This document shows positions 55,736 through 63,714 of a stretch of 64,000 nucleotides of DNA, one piece after another; position 1 is the first letter of the stretch; each line of letters starts with the position of its first letter. Location of the stretch: positions 1,003 to 65,002 of IMG/VR virus record IMGVR_UViG_3300033069_001603; one strand, given 5' to 3'. Origin of the DNA: a virus (taxonomy: Duplodnaviria > Caudoviricetes). Made by a program: the position numbers and the translations under genes. The notes under the pieces were generated by a model. It was not told the DNA's origin and did no database searches. It saw only the letters and a list, made by a program, of their open reading frames with translations.

Positions 55736-55998
55736 CCGCCGCATCAATAATATATAAACTTAGGTACGGACACAACTACTTCGAAAAGTTCTACCCTGTG
55801 ATGGATATACTTGACAACCTTAACATTCCATACAGTATATCCCAAGGCGGTAACTATTTAATCTTAAATGGCATGACATTGGTTATGTCCGACGATCGCA
55901 AAGTAATCTTTGTTATGGATACTAAAAAACCATCTACACTTCTTACATTAGAAGAATTTAAAATATATATGGATAACCTATGCACAGCCAATACTTGA
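55732..55998 (+). CDS. LKLK array protein
   Basis: IIYKLRYG. Confidence 0.65.
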   Translation: MTAASIIYKLRYGHNYFEKFYPVMDILDNLNIPYSISQGGNYLILNGMTLVMSDDRKVIFVMDTKKPSTLLTLEEFKIYMDNLCTANT

Positions 55999-56276
55999 TG
56001 CTGTTTAAACTTAAATACAACTTGTCAGATGAAAAGGCAGCGTATTTCTACGATTTACTTATGCTGATATACGAACTCAATCTCGACTTTAAACCTGGAT
56101 CAATCAAAGAAAGCGATATACTGTCTGCTTGCTATATAGGCAACAAACATATACATATATATAAAGAAGGCAATTTCAAATACTCAGTTTATAAAAAATC
56201 AATTAGAATTGGATCAACATACACATTAGATGAACTTAGGATACTTTTAAATGAAACAATTACACATGTACTTTAA
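55980..56276 (+). CDS. LKLK array protein
   Basis: LMLFKLKYN. Confidence 0.65.
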   Translation: MHSQYLMLFKLKYNLSDEKAAYFYDLLMLIYELNLDFKPGSIKESDILSACYIGNKHIHIYKEGNFKYSVYKKSIRIGSTYTLDELRILLNETITHVL

Positions 56277-56571
56277 AATTAAGTACAATATCCGTTCACC
56301 CGAGTTAGAATTCTTTATGCCTGTGTTTATGGCATTCCACAACCTTAATAAACCGATAACTGTGTATCCAACATCATCGTCTGATTCAAATTACTGTATA
56401 TTATTTAAAAAAGACAACTACGAATTGTACATTACGAATAAGGACAACGTCCTTAATTTACAATCATCGTCACCTATGTACCTCGTGTCAGAATACAATA
56501 GTACAGATTTAATAAACGGAAAGATCCACCATATGAATATACAGGACTTACTATGCAAAATAACGAACTGA
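56251..56571 (+). CDS. LKLK array protein
   Basis: MYFKIKYN. Confidence 0.65.
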   Translation: MKQLHMYFKIKYNIRSPELEFFMPVFMAFHNLNKPITVYPTSSSDSNYCILFKKDNYELYITNKDNVLNLQSSSPMYLVSEYNSTDLINGKIHHMNIQDLLCKITN

Positions 56572-56819
56572 TATTCTACATACTTAAATACAACGCAAAA
56601 GAAGAAATGATAATCCAATTATACGACGCGATTAAACTCTTCGAACGGAATGATATCATCTTTACCCTCCACACAAATAATGCAAGACTGAGTAATAAAC
56701 ATTATATAAGGTACAACAACACACATATATACAATGAACACACAAAGTATGCACTGTATAAAGATCAAATGATATGGCGGACCGCCACACTAGAAGAACT
56801 AATAAAGGTATTAACATGA
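56553..56819 (+). CDS. LKLK array protein
   Basis: LIFYILKYN. Confidence 0.65.
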   Translation: MQNNELIFYILKYNAKEEMIIQLYDAIKLFERNDIIFTLHTNNARLSNKHYIRYNNTHIYNEHTKYALYKDQMIWRTATLEELIKVLT

Positions 56820-57127
56820 ATAATCAACTGATATTCTACAAACTTAAATACGGTGCAGTCCCAACTAAAACCATAAGGAAATATATTATATGGCTTGATA
56901 TCCTCAACGAATATAACTTCCCCGCGACTTTTACAATTAGTCCCCCATCACCAGAATACTACTTAAAATATGTATCAAAAAATCTTGTTATGTTTATAAT
57001 TTATAATAGCTGCAATCGAGTTAATGTTGGAATATACAGTAATACATCTACATCGCGACACTTTACATTAGACGAAACTAGATTTAAACTATTACTTAAG
57101 AAAATAAAAGATGAATACAAATCTTAA
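56816..57127 (+). CDS. LKLK array protein
   Basis: LIFYKLKYG; start moved to ATG 56816. Confidence 0.65.
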   Translation: MNNQLIFYKLKYGAVPTKTIRKYIIWLDILNEYNFPATFTISPPSPEYYLKYVSKNLVMFIIYNSCNRVNVGIYSNTSTSRHFTLDETRFKLLLKKIKDEYKS

Positions 57128-57333
57128 AGCACATCTTATGCTACTTGGTATAAGCAAAGAAGAAATGAAAATAACTTTAATACAGATAAATTACTTAAAA
57201 CAAAGAAATATACAAACAACAGTGGATCGTAATAGAATTTAACTTACAACACGACAACAAATACTTCGAAATCGAACAATCCGTACATAAATGCAAACCC
57301 TCAGAATTACTTGGCTACTTAGAAGATATTTGA
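57111..57333 (+). pseudogene. Frameshifted paralog of ORF 50360
   Basis: MNTNLKAHLMLLG..., TAA at 57240; next frame NLQHDNKYFEIEQSVHK matches SMHDGIYFEVSDSLHR. Confidence 0.65.
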
Positions 57334-57550
57334 AACAACTGGTATACTATAAACTTAAATATATCACAAATCAATATTGATAACTATACTCGACTCCATT
57401 AATGATACTTTTACAATACATACTAACAGACAAAGGGATCAAACTTATATTAGAACTAATATTTACAAAGACCTTGTACATAGTAAGATGTATATATTAT
57501 TATATAGAGGCAATATTAGATATGATTACATTATGGCTGCTAATGAATAA
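57330..57550 (+). pseudogene. Frameshifted LKLK array gene
   Basis: TTG start LKQLVYYKLKY, then ~60 open codons in another frame. Confidence 0.55.
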
Positions 57551-58080
57551 TAATCATCTATATTAAGGTATATACATATAACAGTGTAAACGTATACTGA
57601 TTATGTACGAAACGGTGTTGTGTAGAGTACGTTAAAAAGCTGACTCTATTAGCGGGTAAAATTGACATTATTAGACATTATTAGAACGTAGGGTAGTAGC
57701 AAAAAACATATGGTAATGGTGTTATAATATACCAACTTCTAAACAATAACCGTAAGAAATCAACACCTTAGTAAGAAGATGTAAAAATTCACCGTAATCA
57801 AACGGTATATTTAAAAAACCTACCATATAAAAGGTAGTCTAAACCATTGTATAACAATATTCTGTAATACCATTTCTTTTAATATTTCAAAACCGTATCA
57901 ATTATAGGAGATACTCATCTTTATGTAAAAGGGTATGATCAACAGCAGTGCCTTCACCTTCAACAATTGTTCTTAAAGTTTAACCCCGATCCCGTAGGGA
58001 GGTATTATAAAAGTAACAATCTATTAGTATTCAGTGTAATCAAAGAGTCTAGCATACAAATTATAGACTTTCATTCTAAC
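57470..58080. other. Putative replication origin or genome-end junction (GC-skew switch, ORF-free)
   Basis: C>G to the left, G>C to the right with genes on the same strand; 10-bp tandem repeat, ACCGT motifs, hairpin. Confidence 0.55.
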
Positions 58081-58081
58081 C

Positions 58082-58110
58082 TTGACATAGTGTATAAAAT
58101 ATGTTAAAGT
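58082..58110 (+). promoter_or_regulatory. sigma70 promoter
   Basis: TTGACA-17-TAAAGT. Confidence 0.7.
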
Positions 58111-58158
58111 AGTTGTATTACATGTTTATTTATCATTTTTATTTCAAATGGATTAATT

Positions 58159-58443
58159 ATGTCCGTAGAAGTTAATAAAATGCTGTTACGTATTAAGTAT
58201 CCAACTTTTCCAGTTGAGTATTTAGATGATATGTATCAAGTTGAGCGTATAGGTGGAGTAATCGCTGCGGAATATTCGCCGTGGTATGCTAGTTATTATA
58301 TATTTCAATTCACATATAACAGTCAGAAATATAAGATAGAGAGGAATTGTGATTTTTTAAAATTAATTATTATGTCGCGGAATATGATATTATTTCGTTC
58401 GATTGAAGAATTAATAGGTGTGTTATGTCAACTTCGGCAATGA
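58159..58443 (+). CDS. LKLK array protein
   Basis: KMLLRIKYP. Confidence 0.7.
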   Translation: MSVEVNKMLLRIKYPTFPVEYLDDMYQVERIGGVIAAEYSPWYASYYIFQFTYNSQKYKIERNCDFLKLIIMSRNMILFRSIEELIGVLCQLRQ

Positions 58444-58694
58444 TGTTCAAGCTTAAATATAATTGTGTTTTAGTTAATAGTTACCTCGACGATATTAATT
58501 ATATAATTAAAAAATTAGGTGAGCCTGTACAAATAAATTACTCTAATAGTATATATTTAATGCGTTATAATAGTTCGGATTCTGTTAGTATAAGGTATAT
58601 AAGAATATTCGATCTTAAAAAATACATATTAAGATATGATTCTACGTATTGTGCTTTAACAAATGACATCGACCGTGCAATAAGGGGTGTGTAG
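58425..58694 (+). CDS. LKLK array protein
   Basis: MSTSAMMFKLKYN...LGEP. Confidence 0.7.
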   Translation: MSTSAMMFKLKYNCVLVNSYLDDINYIIKKLGEPVQINYSNSIYLMRYNSSDSVSIRYIRIFDLKKYILRYDSTYCALTNDIDRAIRGV

Positions 58695-58958
58695 ATGTCA
58701 ACTGAAGCGATGATATTAAAGATTAAGTACAATATATTAGAGTGGGCAATCAATGATGTTAATCGAATCATATCAAACTTAGGCGAACCTATTAGTATTG
58801 TATATAATAACAATTATTATACTTTGCATTATCTAGAAGGGTATATTATGTTATTTGATTTTAAATTTGGTTATGGCTTAAGATATTCTGGTCATGCCGA
58901 TGAATTAACTGATGATTTGCTTTCGATAATAGGTAGAATATGTCGACTTCGGAAATGA
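58695..58958 (+). CDS. LKLK array protein
   Basis: MSTEAMILKIKYN...LGEP. Confidence 0.7.
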   Translation: MSTEAMILKIKYNILEWAINDVNRIISNLGEPISIVYNNNYYTLHYLEGYIMLFDFKFGYGLRYSGHADELTDDLLSIIGRICRLRK

Positions 58959-59191
58959 TGTTGAAGATTAAGTATGGGATATCGCCGTGGGCATCGGCTG
59001 AGTCCATCCGTATTTTATCTGCATTAGGCGAACCTATTAGTGTTGAATGTCGAGAAAATAACTATATTTTATATTATCTAGAAGGGTATATTAGGATCTT
59101 TAATACTGAATTTAGCTATAAGTTAAGATATTCTAGTTATAATGCTGGTTTAACAGGTGACTTAGATGAAGTATTGAGGAAATTTAGATGA
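58940..59191 (+). CDS. LKLK array protein
   Basis: MSTSEMMLKIKYG...LGEP. Confidence 0.7.
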   Translation: MSTSEMMLKIKYGISPWASAESIRILSALGEPISVECRENNYILYYLEGYIRIFNTEFSYKLRYSSYNAGLTGDLDEVLRKFR

Positions 59192-59478
59192 CAGTTGATT
59201 CGATGATATTAAAAATAAAGTATCCCGATGTGCCGGATCATATTGTAGATATAATTGAGCATATTAAATCTATATCAGTATACGAATGGGAATATCGGAA
59301 GAGTAAGGTATATGAAGATGTGTATTCTTTGTGGCACGATGATTTCTATATTAGGATATTTGATGATCCTGTTATTGTATACGATAGTTGCATTGATGCT
59401 GAAGAAAACGATTTAGATTATGTTTTAAGTAATGCAGAGATGCATATTGGAAGTAGAAAATGTCAACTTCGGCAATAG
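59188..59478 (+). CDS. LKLK array protein
   Basis: SMILKIKYP. Confidence 0.7.
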   Translation: MTVDSMILKIKYPDVPDHIVDIIEHIKSISVYEWEYRKSKVYEDVYSLWHDDFYIRIFDDPVIVYDSCIDAEENDLDYVLSNAEMHIGSRKCQLRQ

Positions 59479-59711
59479 TAAGTAAGTTAAAATACGGGGT
59501 AGTTATACCCGATCAATTTATACCTGATGCTGAGAAGATTATATCTGAATTGGGTAGGTATAGTAGTATAAAAGTGGACAGTGAAGGTGTAGTTATGTAT
59601 TACGGTTGGAGTAATATTATCATATTATATAAAGGTAGATATTCAACGCCTTATTGTGGGTCAGTATATAGTTTAGATGTTGCAATAGATTCGATGCGTG
59701 GGAGGATATAA
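59460..59711 (+). CDS. LKLK array protein
   Basis: MSTSAIVSKLKYG. Confidence 0.7.
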   Translation: MSTSAIVSKLKYGVVIPDQFIPDAEKIISELGRYSSIKVDSEGVVMYYGWSNIIILYKGRYSTPYCGSVYSLDVAIDSMRGRI

Positions 59712-60011
59712 GTGTCAACTGAAGCGATGATGTTGAAGATGAAGTATCCGATATTTTCTAATAATGTATTAGGTAATATGGTTATTTTATTTCGTGAAGT
59801 AGGTGAACCAGATAACATCATGTATAATGATCATTCTGAAAGGTTCCAATATGTTAGTATCTGGTACGGTTCGATAGTATTTCAATATAGGGAAGACAAT
59901 AGGTATAACGACGATGATATGATATATACGCACTCTGGGTTAGGTGAGTATTGTTATTTTTGGGATGCGTTAGAATCGTTTAAGGAGTTAAGATGTCAAC
60001 TGAAGCAATGA
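59712..60011 (+). CDS. LKLK array protein
   Basis: GTG start, STEAMMLKMKYP...VGEP. Confidence 0.7.
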   Translation: MSTEAMMLKMKYPIFSNNVLGNMVILFREVGEPDNIMYNDHSERFQYVSIWYGSIVFQYREDNRYNDDDMIYTHSGLGEYCYFWDALESFKELRCQLKQ

Positions 60012-60268
60012 TATTAAAGATGAGATATGGTTGTGAGTTTGATGACATATCAAGGGCAATAGATGCTATCGGCCAATATCCTGAGAAGATAACAAAAGAT
60101 GAGTATCATTGTAAGATATCAATGTTTTACAATAAAGACATTGTGTTTCAAATATTTTATAGAAAAGCAAGAACCAAAAACGGATATAGTTATTACGGTG
60201 GAGGTATGTGTTCTTTTAATAAAGCCGTAAGTAGAATAAGAGAGAAATTATGTCAACTTCAAAAATGA
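59993..60268 (+). CDS. LKLK array protein
   Basis: MSTEAMILKMRYG. Confidence 0.7.
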   Translation: MSTEAMILKMRYGCEFDDISRAIDAIGQYPEKITKDEYHCKISMFYNKDIVFQIFYRKARTKNGYSYYGGGMCSFNKAVSRIREKLCQLQK

Positions 60269-60519
60269 TACTCAAACTTAAATACAATGTGTCGGATGAT
60301 TTATTACATTCGTTAATACGCATTATAGATGCGTTAGGTGAGCCTATTAGTGTTGAGTTTCCTATGAGCGACATAATGTATGTGTATTACAGTGAGGGCA
60401 TACGTATAGAGAGATATAACAATGCCAATTCATACTCGATTAAAAGTTACAGTGGCTTTATGTGTTTTGATGATGCCGTACGTGAGATAAAAGGGCAATT
60501 ATGTCGACCTCAAAATTAG
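60250..60519 (+). CDS. LKLK array protein
   Basis: MSTSKMILKLKYN...LGEP. Confidence 0.7.
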   Translation: MSTSKMILKLKYNVSDDLLHSLIRIIDALGEPISVEFPMSDIMYVYYSEGIRIERYNNANSYSIKSYSGFMCFDDAVREIKGQLCRPQN

Positions 60520-60761
60520 TATTTCGATTAAAATACAGTGATATACCTTTGCGATATGTTGACGATGCATATGTTTTTGTGTGTGAGTTAGGCAATCCCC
60601 TTAGGTATATAGTTGATTTAAATGGATATGGCGGTGTAATATTATATTACAATAAGGACAGTGTAGTGCTTTACGCATTGGGTAGATATATTAATCATTA
60701 TTGCGCTTATAAATATGACGGTGGCGATATTAGTATGGCAATTGAGTCTCTAAGAGATTAA
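60501..60761 (+). CDS. LKLK array protein
   Basis: MSTSKLVFRLKYS...LGNP. Confidence 0.7.
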   Translation: MSTSKLVFRLKYSDIPLRYVDDAYVFVCELGNPLRYIVDLNGYGGVILYYNKDSVVLYALGRYINHYCAYKYDGGDISMAIESLRD

Positions 60762-60766
60762 TAATC

Positions 60767-61054
60767 ATGTCAACTATAGAATTAGTATTTAAGTTAAGAT
60801 ATGGTGTTGATATCCCTAGTTGGTGTATAGATGATGTTAATTTTGCAATATTATCACTTGGGTATCCTGACAAGATCACGTATTATAAGGGAGTCTCTGC
60901 TTTAGTTGACTCTAGTTTGTATATGTATTATGACATGTATACTGTATTACAGTTATATGAAAATAAGGCGTACAGTTGTTTTGCTAAAGGTTATATGCGT
61001 ACATTAGACGAAGCAATAAGTCGTATAAAGGAACAGTTATGTCAACAGAATTAA
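60767..61054 (+). CDS. LKLK array protein
   Basis: MSTIELVFKLRYG...LGYP. Confidence 0.7.
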   Translation: MSTIELVFKLRYGVDIPSWCIDDVNFAILSLGYPDKITYYKGVSALVDSSLYMYYDMYTVLQLYENKAYSCFAKGYMRTLDEAISRIKEQLCQQN

Positions 61055-61299
61055 TGCTATTAAAATTAAAGTGTCCTATGATACCACCCGAAGATCATAG
61101 TAATATGTTAATTTTATTTCGTGAAGTAGGTGAGCCGGATTATGCTGATGCCGATGGTTATGTATTATTGTTGCATTACGGTAAACATCTGTTTGAGTGT
61201 TACGGTAGTCATAGACGATATTCAACTAATGAATCGGAATATTATATGGAATTTAAAGATGCGTTAGCATTATTTAAAAAGTCGTTAGGAAGAAAATAA
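61039..61299 (+). CDS. LKLK array protein
   Basis: MSTELMLLKLKCP...VGEP. Confidence 0.7.
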   Translation: MSTELMLLKLKCPMIPPEDHSNMLILFREVGEPDYADADGYVLLLHYGKHLFECYGSHRRYSTNESEYYMEFKDALALFKKSLGRK

Positions 61300-61610
61300 T
61301 GTTAAAATATATACGTAACAAAGCAATGATGTTAAAGTTAACGTATCCAGGATTAGAATTCCGAGAGGAAGCGCGACGAGCCGCAATAGTATCTATGTTT
61401 TTCACTATAGAAGATATCAAAGACGGTGCAATCGTAGACATTGGCGGCGATTACAGTATAGACATAGGGATAGTTAAAGGTTATTCAATTTTAGATGATG
61501 CCCACAATTATCCTTATGTTTTATATTATATGGACGAGGATATAGCAATGTCTTATAGTATAAAAGATATGATAGAAGCATATGAGATACATGCCCCGGA
61601 TGATATATGA
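61299..61610 (+). CDS. LKLK array protein
   Basis: AMMLKLTYP. Confidence 0.7.
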   Translation: MLKYIRNKAMMLKLTYPGLEFREEARRAAIVSMFFTIEDIKDGAIVDIGGDYSIDIGIVKGYSILDDAHNYPYVLYYMDEDIAMSYSIKDMIEAYEIHAPDDI

Positions 61611-61894
61611 TAACATTAAGAGAAGTATCTCAACGTGCAATGTGTTATAAATTGCAATATGGTCTATGTTACCATGAATCTAGGCGATTAGCTTTAATAT
61701 CGATGTTCTTCAGTATAAAAGCAGTAAAGCGTAATTTAGCAATAGTAGGGGATCATGAGATTGATTTTTGTTATGTTGGCGGCAATAATATAATGGGTGT
61801 GGCTTTAGAGCCATATTATTTATATCGGAGCGGCGAAGACGAAGTTATACTAACAACGTATCGATTAAAGGATATAGCATGTCATCTGAATTAA
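61607..61894 (+). CDS. LKLK array protein
   Basis: AMCYKLQYG; paralog of 61299. Confidence 0.7.
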   Translation: MITLREVSQRAMCYKLQYGLCYHESRRLALISMFFSIKAVKRNLAIVGDHEIDFCYVGGNNIMGVALEPYYLYRSGEDEVILTTYRLKDIACHLN

Positions 61895-62166
61895 TGTTAC
61901 TTAAAATTAAATACGGGGATATTCCGTCTTGGATTGCATTTGACCTTGAAAAAATAAAATCAGTATTAGGCGAAGATTGCGTATTAACAGCAATTGGCAA
62001 AAACTACTATACTTTAATTTATGACGAATTATATATTACAATCTACGATGTGATTAATTTTGGTTATGCATACAAATACACAAGTACGGGTATCGGTTTA
62101 ACAGATGACTTAGATAGAGTCATAGCAACTGTAAAGAAGCTTATGTTATGTCATCCGCAGCAATGA
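61879..62166 (+). CDS. LKLK array protein
   Basis: MSSELMLLKIKYG. Confidence 0.7.
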   Translation: MSSELMLLKIKYGDIPSWIAFDLEKIKSVLGEDCVLTAIGKNYYTLIYDELYITIYDVINFGYAYKYTSTGIGLTDDLDRVIATVKKLMLCHPQQ

Positions 62167-62447
62167 TATTAAAGTTAAAGTATCCTTATTTTCCAGCTAA
62201 GTATCTTAGCGATTTTACAAAAATATCAGATGCATTTAGTTGCGGTAACGGTTACACTGTTGAGCCAAAACTAAAAACTTTATTTTGGGCATACGTAGTC
62301 GAAATAAAGTACAACGACAAATACGTTGACTATATTGCATTGTATCAAAGCGTGGAAAAGTATACAGTCCAAGGTAATAATTACTTTAACGACCTTGACT
62401 CGGCAATTAACTTTTTATTGGTTAAAACATGTCAACTTCAAAAATGA
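62148..62447 (+). CDS. LKLK array protein
   Basis: MSSAAMILKLKYP; paralog of 51428. Confidence 0.7.
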   Translation: MSSAAMILKLKYPYFPAKYLSDFTKISDAFSCGNGYTVEPKLKTLFWAYVVEIKYNDKYVDYIALYQSVEKYTVQGNNYFNDLDSAINFLLVKTCQLQK

Positions 62448-62740
62448 TGTTTAAAATTAAGTACCCTGATTTTCCAGAAGATGTCATCGATGATTGTGTA
62501 TATGCAATATCGATCTTAGGAGAACCGCATAGTGTATATATATTGAAAGAGTGGTATGGATTACATTACGGAAAAGCGAATTATTTTGCAATAACACTTG
62601 ATATTTTTGGTCATAGAAGTTACACGGGTTTAAATCTAAGTTATTATACAAAAATCGAAGAAGTAGTTCATTTAATAAAAAGAGGTATTGAAGGTGACAA
62701 TACAACATATGGTAGCAAAGATTCGGGGAGTCCCCGTTAA
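62429..62740 (+). CDS. LKLK array protein
   Basis: MSTSKMMFKIKYP...LGEP. Confidence 0.7.
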   Translation: MSTSKMMFKIKYPDFPEDVIDDCVYAISILGEPHSVYILKEWYGLHYGKANYFAITLDIFGHRSYTGLNLSYYTKIEEVVHLIKRGIEGDNTTYGSKDSGSPR

Positions 62741-62957
62741 CTTATTAAATGATTATAATGAGATTACTGCTAAGATAAACCAGCCATATGATCTTTATAT
62801 ATTTAAAAGGGAACAAGTGAGATTAGAATATAAAAATTTCACTATTTGTATACTGCCCGATAACCGTTATGCATTTAAATATGATACTGCAACCGACAGA
62901 CAACATTTATATCCAAAGTATAAAAGCGAATTGTATTTTTTAGCAAAAGTAACTTGA
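62688..62957 (+). CDS. LKLK array protein (divergent)
   Basis: HMVAKIRG. Confidence 0.55.
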   Translation: MKVTIQHMVAKIRGVPVNLLNDYNEITAKINQPYDLYIFKREQVRLEYKNFTICILPDNRYAFKYDTATDRQHLYPKYKSELYFLAKVT

Positions 62958-63010
62958 CATCTACACTGGGTTATGTAATACTAGCAACAATTAAAGTGCG
63001 GACAAAAACA

Positions 63011-63265
63011 ATGTCAAAGGAAAATATAATATCGTTGTATTTGTTCTTTGCTGTTGTAGAAGGATTTACCAGATTACATCATTACGGTATATCCGAATAC
63101 ATTTGTTTTTTGTTAGTAGGATTGTTTACAACGTTCACTTTTTTAAGTAAGATGTCAGCATTAGAGAGAGTATTATCTACCTTATGTGGATATTGGTTAC
63201 TGTTGATTTGTATAATCAGACTTGTTGTAAATTGTTTTGATAAAGCGGTTGACAACCCAAATTAA
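63011..63265 (+). CDS. Small membrane protein
   Basis: Three hydrophobic segments; promoter TTGACA-17-AATACT at 62954. Confidence 0.6.
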   Translation: MSKENIISLYLFFAVVEGFTRLHHYGISEYICFLLVGLFTTFTFLSKMSALERVLSTLCGYWLLLICIIRLVVNCFDKAVDNPN

Positions 63266-63332
63266 ACGTGTATAATGTTGATTGCGTATCAAGTTACGTA
63301 TTACTTTTATTAATGACTATAGGAGTCATGCT

Positions 63333-63626
63333 ATGCCAAACCACAAAGGTCAAATCGATATCCGTGCCGGTAAAGAGACACTGGCTTCTAAAGTACGTGC
63401 AATCATGCTGGAAAATAGTGGAAAGCCACGTTCTGTAATTGAGAAGCAAGTAATGGATACGACTGAAATGAAAACAAAGGCAATGTGTTCGCGCTATGTG
63501 CTGAACCTGTCTAAGAAGATGACTGCTGAACAGTTTCACTTTGGCGAAGAAGTGCCTGTTGTGGCTGTTGAAGTAGCAGTTGAAGTACAAGCAGAAGTAA
63601 CTGAAGAAGTTCAGCAAACTGTCTGA
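63333..63626 (+). CDS. Small protein, basic N-terminus and V/E-rich tail
   Basis: SD AGGAG, promoter TTGACA-16-TATAAT at ~63250. Confidence 0.65.
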   Translation: MPNHKGQIDIRAGKETLASKVRAIMLENSGKPRSVIEKQVMDTTEMKTKAMCSRYVLNLSKKMTAEQFHFGEEVPVVAVEVAVEVQAEVTEEVQQTV

Positions 63627-63677
63627 TGAATATTCCCAACATTAGAATGTAATGTTTTAGTGTTGGGAAGTTATTAT

Positions 63678-63714
63678 GGTCCTTTAGCTCAGCAGGATAG
63701 AGCAGTCGACTCAT
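63678..63714 (+). tRNA. tRNA-Ile2/Met(CAT), 5' exon
   Basis: GGTCCTTTAGCTCAGCAGGATAGAGCAGTCGACTCAT resembles ileX; 3' exon beyond window. Confidence 0.8.

Larger units (their letters stand above)
46328..62957 (+). repeat. Tandem array of about 55 small paralogous genes with conserved 5' block
   Basis: ATGTCAACT...ATG...AAA(A/T)TAAA(A/G)TA block recurs every ~250-310 nt. Confidence 0.9.

Noticed and set aside
49504-62460. Regularly spaced ATGTCAACT repeats as a CRISPR array or integron attC sites
   Set aside because: Spacing is 250-310 nt, repeats are degenerate, non-palindromic and coding; no cas or integrase gene in the window
46328-62957. Diversity-generating retroelement as the source of array variation
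   Set aside because: No reverse transcriptase and no near-identical template/variable repeat pair differing only at adenines was seen
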